64,000 nt of DNA from the human T2T-CHM13v2.0 reference genome, Homo sapiens, in NCBI RefSeq assembly GCF_009914755.1, contig NC_060947.1; one strand, given 5' to 3'. Below are positions 1-15,849 of the stretch, one piece after another (the first letter of the stretch is position 1; each line of letters opens with the position of its first letter). Position numbers and translations under genes: made by a program. The notes beneath the pieces were generated by a model. The model made no database searches. It had not been told where the DNA came from and saw nothing but the letters and a program-made list of their open reading frames with translations.

Positions 1-367
1 CGCTAGAGACTGGGTAATATATAAAGAACAGAAATATATTTCTTACAGTCTTGGAGGCTGGGAAATCCAAGATCAAGGTGCTGGGAGGTTTGGTTTTCTG
101 GTGAGGGCTGCTCTCTGCCTCCAAGATGGTGAACTTATTGCCGCACCCTTCAGAGGGGAAGAATGCTGTGTCCTCACAAGGCAGATGGGAGAAGAGCAAA
201 AAGAGCAAAAGGGCCAAAAGGTGTGTGAAGCTTCTTTTTATAAAGGCCCTAATCCCAGTTATGAAGGAGGAGCCCTCATGGCTAATCCCCTCTTAAAGGC
301 CCCATCTCTTAACACTATGACATTGACAACACCTGAATTTTGGAGGGGACATATTCAAACCGTAGCA
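1..367 (-). mobile_element. ERVL-MaLR solo LTR fragment (MST/MLT1A-like), truncated by the window start
   Basis: Typical MaLR motifs (GGAGGCTGGGAAATCCAAGATCAAGG; ends TTCAAACCGTAGCA, the reverse complement of the LTR start TGCTAYGGTTTGAA). Confidence 0.8.
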
Positions 368-642
368 GGGCAGTAAGACTATTTGAAGAAACAATGGCCG
401 AAACCTCCCAAATTAGATGAAAAGCATTGATCTGCCTATCTAAGAAGCTAAATGACCTCCAAGGAGGAGAAACCCAAAGAGATCTGCACCTTGACACACC
501 ATACTCAAACTGTCAGAAGACAAAGAAAGAATATTGCAAGCATCAAGAAGAAAACAATGCATCTCATACAAGTCATTCTCATAAGATCGACAGCTTATTT
601 CATATAAGAAACCACAAAGCCTAGAAGCAGTGGGATAACATT

Positions 643-1698
643 CAGTAGTCCCCCCTTATCCATGGTTTTACTCTCCTCAGTTTCAGTTATCTATGGTCAA
701 CTTTAATTCAAAAACAGGTAATATAGTACAATAAGCTCTTTTGAGAGAGACAGAGAGAGAAAAAGACCACATTTGCATAACTTTTACACAGTATATTGTT
801 ATAATTGTTCATTTTATTATTGTTGTTAATCTCTTACTATGGCTAATTTATTTTTTAAAATTTTACTTTAAGTTCTGTGATACAGGTGCAGAATGTACAG
901 GTTCATTATATAGGTATATGTGTGCCATGGTGGTTTGCTGCACCTATCAACCTATCATCTAGATTTTAAGCCCTGCATGCATTAGCTATTTGTCCTGATG
1001 CTCTCTCTCCCTCCCCATCCCCCTGACAGGCCCCAGTGTGTGTTGTTCCCCTCCCTGTGTCCAAGTGTCCTCATTGTTCAACTCCCAATTATGAGTGAGA
1101 GCATGTGGTGTTTGGTTTTCTGTTCCTGTGTTACTTTGCTGAGGATGATGGCTTCCAGCTTCATCCATGTCCTTGCAAAGGACATGATCTCATTCCTTTT
1201 TATGGCTGCATAGTATTCCATGGTGTATATGTACCACATTTTCTTTATCCAGTCTATCATTGATGGGCATTTGCGTAGTTTCCATGTCTTTGCTATTGTA
1301 AATAGTGCTGCAATGAACATATGTGTGCATGTATCATTATAGTAGAATGATTTATATTCCTTTGGGTATATACTCAGTCATGAGATTGCTGGGTTAAATG
1401 GTATTTCTGGTTCTAGGTCCTTGAGGAATCACCACACTGTCTTCCACAATGGTTGAACTAATTTACATTGCCACCAGCAGTGTAAAAGCATGCCTATTTC
1501 CCCACAGCCTCACCAGCATCTGTTGTTTCTTGACTTTTTAATAATTGTTATTGTGACTGTCACTATGCCTAATTTATAAATTAAACTTCACCATAGTCAT
1601 GTATGTATAGAAGAAACTATATATAAGGTTTGTTACTATCCACAGTTTCAGGCTGGGGGTCTTGGAATGCATCCCTTGCAGATAAAGGAGAACTACTG
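643..1698 (+). mobile_element. MER44A (TcMar-Tigger non-autonomous DNA transposon), split by an L1PA insertion
   Basis: TIRs CAGTAGTCCCCCCTTATC (643) and GATAAAGGAGAACTACTG (ending 1698) followed by TA. Internal sequence matches the remembered MER44A consensus on both sides of the L1. Confidence 0.85.
851..1560 (-). mobile_element. 5'-truncated L1PA (older primate, L1PA8-like): 3'UTR plus ORF2 C-terminus
   Basis: ORF 1078..1320 translates to the L1 ORF2 C-terminus ([13 protein letters not shown]...[10 protein letters not shown]). TSD-like ACTATG[G/C]CTAATTTA at ~836-850 and ~1562-1576. Confidence 0.9.
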
Positions 1699-1770
1699 TA
1701 GCTAAAAGAAAAAGGCTGTTCAAGCAAGAAACTTATATGCCGCAAAACTATTTTACAAATAAAAGTGAAT

Positions 1771-3650
1771 TCCTAATGGCATATGATGTTGAGCATCTTT
1801 TAATATGTTTATTTTGCTATCTGTACCTCTTCTTTGGTGAGGCATCTGTTCAAATCTATGGCCCATTTTTAAATTGGTTTGTATGTTTTCTTGTTGTTGA
1901 GTTTTGAGTTCTTTGTACATTTTGGATACAGTCCTTAATCAGATATATGTTTTGCAAATATTTTCTCCTACTCTGTTGTTTGTCTTTTCGTTCACTTAAC
2001 AGAGTAGTTTTGAATTTAATGAAGTTTAATTTATCATTTTTTTCTTTTATAGATTGACCTTTTGTTAAAGTCATTACCAAAGTGAAGGTCACTCAGATTT
2101 TCTCCTTTGCTATCTTCTAGAAGTTTTATAGCCTTGCATTTTACATTTAACACTTATAGTCTATTTTAATTATATCTATTTAATTTGGGGAAAAGGTGTA
2201 AATTCTGTCTCTAGATTCTTGTGGGGCTTTTTGTTTATTTGTTTTTGGGCTTTAAAAAATCTTTTTACATGTGGTTGTACAGTTGTTCCGGCACCATTTG
2301 TTAAAAAGAATGCTTTTTTCCGTTGAATTACCTTTGCTCCTTTGTCAAAAATAAGTTGACTATATTTGTGTGGAACTCTTTCTGGGCTCTCCATTCTCTT
2401 TCATTCATTTATTTGTCTGTTCTTTCATCAATACCACACTACCTTGATCACTGTAGCTTTATGGTATGTCTTGAAGTGTGATAGTGTAAATCTTCTGACT
2501 TTGTTCTTCTTCTTGGATCTTTCCTACGCATGTACACAATCATGGGCATATGCACAGCCTTAGGCGTATGTGAGGTCTTCCAGATTTCCAGGAACATTTT
2601 GGAGCTTTTTAAAGCCCTCTATGGTCATCTCATTCCCCAGTTTTTCCTCTCAAGTTTTTTGGTCAGCTTCTTATTAATCCCAACTGATAATGTAGCCTCA
2701 GGCAGTTCCGATATTAATTGCCAATGATTGTTTTCGACAAATGCCTTGGGGATAAGCCTATTAACACAGAGTAAGCTCTGAGTCAGCTCAAAGAATGACA
2801 ACTCCTGAGCATGGAACTTTTCTGCAAGTTATCGGACAATCAGAATAGCTGACAATTGGAATTTCTCTGGGGATGGGACCTTTGGATGCTTGTAAACCTC
2901 TATGCCCTTTCTAGTGGCTACTAGGTTACTGATTTTCACAGCTACTATTATTGGGACACTGTTGGTTTTTAAGGTTACTATGGGACTAAGGGAGAGGAAT
3001 GGAAGTAGGGCAAGTTAAAGCACCATGAAACTCACTGTTCTTACCAAGATGTAGTGATTTTTTTCTTGACTAAACGCTCTGTGGATTATTGCTAGCCTTA
3101 GGTTAATTTCTGGAGTTCTAAAAAATTTGATTTTTCACAGTTTTTATGGTGAAAAAAACTTTTTTTTTCACCATAAAAAAAAACTTCATTGCTTTTATTA
3201 AGAAACACATTTTTGGAATTCCTTACTCTGCCATTCTAGAAGCGGTCTCCTGTACTTAGATTTTTTTCATTTGGGTAGTATGTCATGGACCCACTCCACA
3301 TCAGTTCATAGAGATCTTCCTTATTCTTTTTTGTTTTTTTTTTTTTTACAGCTGTATGGAATGCCACTGAGCTGATGTTGCATAATTTATTTAACCACTT
3401 TTCTATGTTCAGGCATTTAAGTTGTTTCCAATATTTTGCAATTACAAACTATGCTGCAATGAATAACTTTGTGCATATGTATTTTTGAATTGTAAAAAAA
3501 GTTCATATTCGAGGATAGTTTCTTAGAACTGGGATTTCTGAGTTGAAAGGTTATGTTAGCTGTTGCCAAATTCCTCCTCAAAGAGTTGTACCGGTTTGCA
3601 TTCTCAGTAGCAATGAGAATGCCTATTTCCCTAAGACTCATCAACAGAAT
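1771..3650 (-). mobile_element. Cluster of old L1M/L1ME fragments
   Basis: Degenerate ORF2 peptides (YSQLIFDKGAK; KLNFIKFK) and T-rich antisense L1 composition. Confidence 0.7.
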
Positions 3651-4369
3651 TGGCAGTTACACTTTTGGGTGTCTGGTCCTTTGACACTTAGTCTTTTAAA
3701 ATTTCCAATTACTCTTTATTTTTATAGAGTTGCTAATCACAAATTATGCCTGAGATTTGATATTCTTGTGAAAGTATTTCAGATCAAATTAAATGTCTTT
3801 TCAGTGGCTATGATTCACCATGATTAAATCCAACATGTTTGACCAAGTTGTTAATTGACTGTTCTTAATTCTGGTGGAAGTTCTGGAGATCAGCAACAAT
3901 TTTGGAATAGGTTCAGCAGCCTGGGTAATTCTCATCACAGTCAAGCCAGATAGGGACTGAGATTCTATTACTGAATGAAACTCTTATAAGGGCTTGGGAG
4001 TGCAGATAGGGGGAGTTCTCAAGAAATTTTACAAGAAAGTGTTATGTATTATGAAGCATGGGCTATTGTTTGTTTGTAAGTAAAAAAAAATAAGAGAGAG
4101 AGAGAGATTAAGCAAAATAAACATTAAGCAAGGAGAAGCTGCTCTAACCATTTAAATGATACTTTTAAAATGAAGATTAACAGCCTTTGGCAGACTAGAA
4201 GAAAAAAAATAAAAGAAAAATGTCAAGCAGAAAACAGTTACCACAGATTTGATCAGTATTTACTATCAACTGTAAGACCGTTCTAGGCAGGTGGGGTCTA
4301 TGGGAAATACAAAGATAAATGAGAGAGAATCCCCTAAAACCAATAATATTGCTTTGTGTTTAATTTATC

Positions 4370-4560
4370 ATTTATTAAGATCCTACTATGTGACAGACAC
4401 CACTTCAGGCACTTGACTTCTCTTATTTCTTATCCAAAACATTGCTGGGTTGATATTATTACTCCCATTTACAAGAAGGAGATTGAGGCCAAGAAAGGTT
4501 AAGAAACTTGTCTAGAGTCACAAAGCTGGAAAGTTGTGCAACTTGAAACCAGATCTGCTT
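4370..4560 (-). mobile_element. MIR fragment
   Basis: Core motif TATTATTACTCCCATTTACAAGAAGGAGATTGAGGC...AAGGTTAAGAAACTTG. Confidence 0.6.
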
Positions 4561-4734
4561 AGAGAATGTTGAATATCAACTGTGCATAGTATTTCATAGT
4601 AAATTATATTAAGATTAATCAAACCAGTTTAGCCTAAGAGAACAGCAGCAATAGCTAAACTTATTAGATATTTTCTATATGCCTAGAACAGCATTGAACA
4701 AATATGGACCATTATATTTAGTCTTCAGATTGAA

Positions 4735-5213
<479 letters not shown>

Positions 5214-5489
5214 TAATCCTTATAGTCACTACCTTATTTTGAAGCACCATTATCTCTCAGATGGATTACTTTAAGTTTCTGAACCCCTCTCCCTGCTTTT
5301 CTAATTCACATTCACCAAGTCAACAGAGTGTTCTTTCTAAACTGCAGATCTAAACATATCTCTCCTCTTAAACCAGGGAAGCATACTCTAAACCTCCAGC
5401 TTGATAGTACACTACTTTGACCCACTCTGTACATTAGGCTTATTGAACTGCCTGCCTATCTCTGGTCCTGCCTGGTATGTCCCTTAATA

Positions 5490-8330
<2,841 letters not shown>

Positions 8331-8367
8331 AACCTCCTGGAGGCTTGCTCTGTATATAAATACTAAC

Positions 8368-8795
8368 TATGGTAGGCAGAATTCTATGATGGGTCCCAAG
8401 ATTCCCCTACCCTTGTGTTCATGCCCTCTATGATCTTTTCCCCTTGAGTGTGGGTGGAAACTCTGACTAGCTTCTAGTCAATAGAATATAACAAAGGTGA
8501 GGGATTTTTCAGGTGTAGTTAAGGTTGTAAATCAGTTGACTTTGGGTTACTTAAAAAGGAAATTACAATGGTGAGCCTGACTTAATTAGCTAAAAGCCTT
8601 TAAAAGAGGTACTGGGTCCTCTGTGAGGTAAGAAATGCCTCTTGCTGATTTGATGAAGTAAGCAGCCATGATGAGAAAGCCCACATGGGAAAAAACTGGA
8701 AACTGCAGGTGGCCCCTAAGACATGAAGATGACTGTCAGCTGACAGTCAGCAACAAAGCCGGTGCATTCAGTCATATAGTCACAAATGAAGACAT
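8368..8795 (+). mobile_element. MLT1 (E/F-like) MaLR LTR fragment
   Basis: Starts TATGGTAGGCAGAATTCTATGATGG; contains AATCAGTTGACTTTG and CAGCCATG motifs typical of MLT1. Confidence 0.65.
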
Positions 8796-9252
8796 AAATG
8801 AATTTTATGTTTGCTTTCATATGTTCCATTTCCAGTAATCTTCACTTTTTCATGAATCAAACTTTTTTTTTGTCTGAAAATACAGGAGAAGGCTTGTATC
8901 TTTCATGCAATGTTGAGTCTGCTTGCATTGTCTGCTTTTTTCTTGATTATAGGTTACATGTCATTCTACTTCTTCTTATGTCTAATGTATAAAAGAACCA
9001 TATAATTGTCCTATTTCCTCTCTTAGTCTGATAGAGTGAAGTGTTGATCACCTTAGTGCTTCGGACTCAGCTGAAGTTTTAATAAAACTTAACCAAACTC
9101 TGGTGCATCCCTCTTACTTGGGGATGGTCCTCCTATGCTTGTTTTTTTTTGTGGGGGGAGGCACAGAAAATCTTTATTGCCAAAGGAACAGGAAGCAAGT
9201 GCACTCGTCCCACCTCACCAACAGCTTGAAGAGTCATAAAAACGTGGACATC

Positions 9253-9644
<392 letters not shown>

Positions 9645-10560
9645 CTAATACTTAGGTAACCAATTGACCTTGTTCAGCGAAAATACCTCTAACAAAATGA
9701 AAAAGTCAACTAGTTACAACATCCAACTCATATATACAATTCAAATAAAATATATATTATTTGCTTTAATGTATAACAAGTTTAATACATTAGTGTTTAC
9801 AAAATAAAAACTGTATTCTACTGAAATTTCTCTTGTGCTTCCACCTCATCACTAAGCTTGAACAACCGGAAACATATGATACTTAAGGAAAGGTATCATG
9901 AATTTAAAGATGCAATTTGTGGATCCACGAGGAATGGATAAATATTGGAAGTTGGAAGATTACTGCATCTTTTAAAATTGTGGCTTATTAAAATTTACAA
10001 ACTTGACCCTAAGACACACACACACACAAATAAATGTTTCAAAATAGATTCTAATACGGGAAATGTTTCATGAAACTACTGAGATACTAACCAGTGCTAT
10101 GGCTAATGTTAAAAACTGAACAGTCTATTGAAATCATACTCATACTATTTCTACACACAGTGAACAATACAACCACAATAATCACCCTCAAGCTAGCAAC
10201 AAAGTTGCAAGGTCCATAAGAAGCTTCTTCAGTGAGCAAAACACTATGGTACAATTAAAGCATTTAGGAAGGGAAAAAAAGCCTTTTAACAGTATAAAAG
10301 TTGTTTACTGGTGTTTCCTACTGTAAAGTTCTTCTACAAATTAAAATGAAGAAGCAATTTATATATGTGACAGTGATCTGAGATTACAGTGCAGACATCT
10401 CATCCAACATTTGGCTGACGAATTTTAGTGTAACAGATTATGACTTAATATTTTTTACACACTTATGATCTATAGCAGAACTAAAAACAAAAAATACATA
10501 TTCTAAGTCAATACACTCTTCTCAGCAATATCTGGGTTTAGATGAATCTGTAGGAAGTAG

Positions 10561-10877
<317 letters not shown>

Positions 10878-13392
10878 ATCTTCTCTTAAACCAACAGAAA
10901 AAACGTATATTGGCAGATGTATTTGATTTTTTACCATTATGAATTCCAATGTGAAATTCTCATAAGTATGCGAGTACATTATAAACATGTAAGCACACTC
11001 CCATATATATGCACGCAGTCCATTAATTAAATTGGGGGAATTAAAAATGTACTGTCAAGTTAAAATGAATTTTAAGAAAAAACTGCATTCACAAATCTCA
11101 AAGGTGTAGAAAAATGAAATCATAAAATAAATAATGAATATAGGTGTCAACTAAACTTCCATAAAAATATGCCTACAAATGTGGATGCAGTGATTGTCCA
11201 CACTTGTGATGGCTGGGTGGGAAGACATTCCCTAGTGAAAGCATCTAGTCTCTCTGACTTCTCTACATAGAGAAGACTTTCTAGATATAAACAGTACTTA
11301 ATCTGTTATAGCCTTTGTTAACAGTCACCATCTTTATAACATGTAGGGTTAACTTACTATGTCTTAATCTATTTAACACGTTCTGAAATATCAATGTTTA
11401 AGTCAAAGCTTTTATACATGGGTCCACTTATTTCAATTTATCTGTCTACGTAATAGCTGCCTATCTTTGATACATTTTAAGTAGCTGTTAATACAAACTA
11501 GGTCAACTAGTTTAAGAGATATTTTCTACTCTATTGCTCATCTTTTTAACTTTCCTCCACTCAGGTATTTATTGTGTAAACGTGCGCTGATAACCAGATA
11601 TTATATGAGTGAATGCTACACATTTCCTGTTAAACAAAATCAGTTTTATCAAATATTAAATCCATGATATTTTCCTTGGCTTAAACTGAGTATTTGCTTT
11701 CTATTTTTCCATAATCATTGCAATCTTGCCAACAACTACATCATTTAAGCTTTCTTTTTCACGACTGCAGGCAAAGATTCTAAACTCTGACATATATTTA
11801 CGTTAAACACACACAGTAGACAACAAAATTTCAAGTAAAATAAGCTGTATCCACATCTATTGAACCAAACAGGTCTGAACATCTAGATTTTACTTCTATA
11901 AATTACACAAATGCATTGTACATTCTTAAATAATGAATGCTTACAATATTGATTTGTAAGCCTTTCCATATAGAATGACTCAACACAGGAATGTGAATGA
12001 ATCAATGTTACTGTTATAGATTGCAACACTCTTTGGATTTTCTCTTTTGTGGCTGTTGTTTTATCTTCCTGGTTTCTGCAGGCTACTGTAACAGTCCTTT
12101 TGCTTTGGCTATGAAATCTGTTTGAGCTGAATGAGGCAACACTGGTTATTAAGGCTTATTTATATGATGGAGTATTATCCTTAAATCTGATGCCATTTCC
12201 AGAGAACGGTGAGAGAATCACAGCTATCTTGAATCTTCAGGGTCTGTTTTGATGACTTTCTTTTCTAAGGTAAAAGCTGAGTGAGGCTGGTCTTTTAAAA
12301 TCCCAAGGCTCTCTGATGAGTGGGACTTTGCCTCACTGGGATAAAGTCTGCTCAGCTCCCCATCCACCACAATATGATGGGGTTGTCTGTTCTGTAAATT
12401 AGGCATTCGGAGATTCAAAGGTGTTTCTCCTTGTCCATCTGAGTTATCGGAAGTCAAGCCTTTAGGACTGTGCTCTTCTGAGCTCTCCCTGTAAAGCCCT
12501 GCAGACAGCCTCCTCTCGGCATGCTGCAGTCTCTCACAGCCAGCTTGGTTGCAGAGGAACTCCATCTGCTTTGCCATCACCTTTTCGGGCTGCTGTGAAC
12601 TAAGGGCTGCGAGTTCTTCACTCTTAGCTCTAGCCAGCTGGAAGAGCGTTTGCACAGAATCCTGGAAATCTGGAAACCCATCCTCCACTTTAATCCTCTA
12701 CAAGGATAATTCATCTCTTTCTTCACATTTTGACTTGGTGGTTCTGTAAGTATATTTATAGGTGACTTCTCGAGAAACCTGCCTAGCCAAGGCAAAGAGC
12801 ATTATCCTTCACACAGAGTTGAGCAGCCGCTTCATTAACAGTGAGCTCATGAAGCATGAGATGTTTTCCATCCTTCCTCTTTGAGTCAAATCTGCCATAT
12901 ATTCACTGTATTTCCAAATTTCCTCCTCTTTGCGTGGATCATTATCGTTCATCTCAAAGATGTGACCAAGCATTTTGGCCAACGTCTTGTTGGTTTTTAG
13001 CAGCTTTTTCACTTCGTTCAAGTCACTTTTCGGCAGTGTGGGGGCCATCCGCTCCACACACTCTGCCACAGAGAGCACAGCAGCAGCATCCAGTGCCTCG
13101 CTGCTCTCCTTTGGGGACGTGTGGGAGCCCAGGTCTGCTGGGGAGAGGCTGTGCTCGCTCTTGGTGGCATGGTGGCCTTGCCAGAGTCTGGACTCACCAG
13201 CACTCTGCAGTGCTAGGCTCCCGACCACATCTGACTTCCCCTGTCCCAAGCTCTGCACACAGGTGGTGGCAAAATTGGGGAAATTGGGTGGTAAATTGGG
13301 TGGTAAAAAAGTTGGGTGGTAAAATTGGGGATTTTAAAATGAGGTTCCCAGGCATTGCTACTCCTTTCATAACTACTGCAGGATATTTCCAG

Positions 13393-13710
13393 CTATGTCA
13401 GTGATCCCTCTGGTAATTTATAGATCGGTATGTTACTGACAGGAAGGGAAGTCAGCGGCCGATTGAAAAGCCCAGGGTTTGTGACCCAGTCTCTTAAAGC
13501 CTTCTGTAGCCTTCTAACATGAAGCGGCTTGCTAGCCATGCCCACGAGTGCCATGATTTCCAAAAACTCCTCTTTTCCTGCTTCACAGAGTTGCTGGACA
13601 TCATCACCACCTTGTTGGATAAAGGCATCAAAATAAGAAAGCAGATTGGCTTTTTGTAATATTGTATACAGCTGCAACTCCCCCAGGGTCCTGGGTAAGG
13701 CCTCGGCCAT
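13393..13710 (-). CDS. Residual 105-aa ORF of the NAB1 retrocopy covering NCD1 (translation unproven)
   Basis: Native ATG in strong Kozak context (CAGTCATGG), open to the premature TAG. There is no evidence of expression in the sequence. Confidence 0.25.
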
Positions 13711-13979
13711 GACTGTGGGTGGGTTTAACTCAGCTAGCAGCTGCAGCGGTCTTGGCGCGCTCTCGCCGAGGGCTGCTCAGCCCCAACTCGGAAGCGACGG
13801 CCCCGGCTCTCCCTCCTCTGGCAGCTGCGGAGTCGGGACGCCCCCGCTCACATCGAGGAGGGAAGGGAAGGTGGTGGGTGGGCTCTCCCTGCTGCCTCCC
13901 AGCTCGGGCCCGCCGCTTCTTCCCGCCGCCCGCCCCGACTGCGCTCGCTTGGCCGCCGTGGCGGCAGCGCCTCTCCCCA
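13711..13979 (-). promoter_or_regulatory. CpG-rich retrocopied NAB1 5'UTR with an EGR consensus site and GC boxes
   Basis: About 27 CpGs counted in 13741-13980. GCGGGGGCG (minus) at 13849-13857 and a CCCGCCCC GC box at ~13929-13936. Confidence 0.45.
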
Positions 13980-14959
13980 CTCCTGTGTTTTTAATTGAGA
14001 GCCCCGTAGGTCTCTGTTTCGTCGGCCCTAAATGACCTAGGGATAGTAATGTCAAACAAGTGAAGTAGTCATGTAAACCCTCCCACAGATAACAATAATA
14101 GAACCTGGATGATACACCCAAAGACAATTACTTAAAGACACTGAAATGTCTCTAAGAGCAGCCAGAATACAGATGATAATTTACTCTAAAACTTCCAGCC
14201 GTAAGACTGTGATTTTGTTGCTTTATAGTAAGAGGATGACCTGCAAACCCCACAGCTATGACTACTGAAAATAATGTTAGAAAATGATAGCCTTACCAGC
14301 TCAAGGTGCCAGAGTTCAGAATTCAGGGATGTAAAATCAACTTGTAATTTTAATTCTAGAAATATGATTAAAAATTTTAAAGGGCAATTCCACTGTGAAG
14401 GTAACTGCAGCATGAATATGACCCAAATTCTGAATATAAATTCTATCCAAATCTCTGAATAACATCAGAAAAGCAGTCTGACACCAAAGATAAATCTATT
14501 CTTGAAAGATACGAGATAAAAACTTAAGCTACAGCAGTTTTCCAGAGATGGGCACCAAAGCTCTAGAGGGCACTTGTAATTCTTTCATAGATTACAGATT
14601 TTTTAATCCATGAAAGATTTTGTGTGGTGGTGGAGGTGATGAGAAAGACCTGAGTGTCGGAAAGACTTGAGAATGAGGTTACAGGTTAAAGAGTGGAGGA
14701 TTCTCTCCGTTTCTGCCCTCTTACCCTTCAGGTAGGCCCAGATTCGAGTAGTGATATCTCAACATCAAAGACAAATAAGTCCTTGGTTAGAAAAATGAAT
14801 AGCAGCCATTGTCCTATTACTGGGTGATCTTTTATGGCCATAGTGTTATTCAAACAAATTTAAATGGGGTAACTTACTTTTTAAAAATTTTTCCCCCACT
14901 TTTAATTCTGATAGCATTTCTTTCACCAGACCTCTTACTTGGCACTCAGCGTATGTAGA

Positions 14960-15130
14960 CTTATACAATTTAAGGGTTGGAAAGAACTTTAAAGTTCATT
15001 TAATTGAAGTTAACACTTGGTGTAGGAATTTCTTCTATGATGTCTCTGTATAGATACTTACGTAGCCTCTGACTCAACTCTCCTAGTGACGGGGAACTCT
15101 ACCGCTCAAGGCTGCTTCACAGCTGGATAG
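14960..15130 (-). mobile_element. L3/CR1-type or MIR3 relic
   Basis: Phrases GGAAAGAACTTTAAAGTTCAT and AGTGACGGGGAACTCTACC resemble CR1/L3 3' ends. Confidence 0.45.
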
Positions 15131-15849
15131 CTACATATTTTGTTGGAGTAGACAGAGGACAAGTCTGAGCAAGAGACTAAAAAGAAACCACAAGAGAAGA
15201 AGATGGAAAATGAGGCAAGAGTTGAGTTCAGGAAGCAAAGGCCAAAGAGAGACTTTCAAGATTGAAGGTTAACCTGACTAAACATTTCTGTCAGGGCCGA
15301 TAAGATGATAATTGACATGTGCTCATTGAATTTGGCCTTAAGAACAGTTTCAGAGATAAGTGTGGAGGTTGTACCCAAAATTGCAATGGACTAAACCATG
15401 AACGGAAAGTGAGGGAAAGGAGGCAATGACCAGTAATGATTTTTCTCAATAAACTTTGTTGAGAAAAGAAAGAGATATGACAGTACCTAGAGTGAGATAC
15501 AGGATTCAGAAAAGGGTTTTTTTTGTGTGTTTTTTTTTGTGGAACATGTGGGCTGGTTAGCAGGTTTTGTTGCTAAGGAGACAAAGCCAGACAAGAGAAT
15601 GAGACCATAATTGATAGATGGGGGTCTTGAGAAGGTGCCTGGGAGCAAATGGGTCAAATCTTTAGTGGGAGGACCTGCATGGCCAGGTGAGTTTTTCTAG
15701 GAGCACTCCATGATGCTGCTGTAAGGAGTGAGAAAGGCAACAGTGAAGTCAGTCCAGGTGTGGCCGTTTTGGGGATGAGATGAAGTAGAGTGTGGACAGT
15801 GAAGCAAGGGAATAAAGGATATTGGCCGAAATCATTGAAAAGAGGGTAC

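Larger units (their letters stand above)
368..1770 (+). mobile_element. Old L1 (L1M-type) ORF1 fragment interrupted by MER44A
   Basis: Degenerate ORF1 C-terminal coding sequence. It reads ...AGAAGCAGTGGGATAACAT up to 642 and resumes GCTAAAAGAAAAAGG...GCAAAACTAT after 1700. Confidence 0.6.

Noticed and set aside
12224-13710. Functional full-length NAB1 gene
   Set aside because: Intronless, flanked by a TSD and polyA, with two in-frame stops and three indels, so it is a processed pseudogene.
12856-14127. Plus-strand ORFs (182, 115, 129 aa) and the 116-aa minus ORF over the NAB1 5' region
   Set aside because: Antisense or GC-rich shadow frames of the retrocopy with no independent protein similarity.
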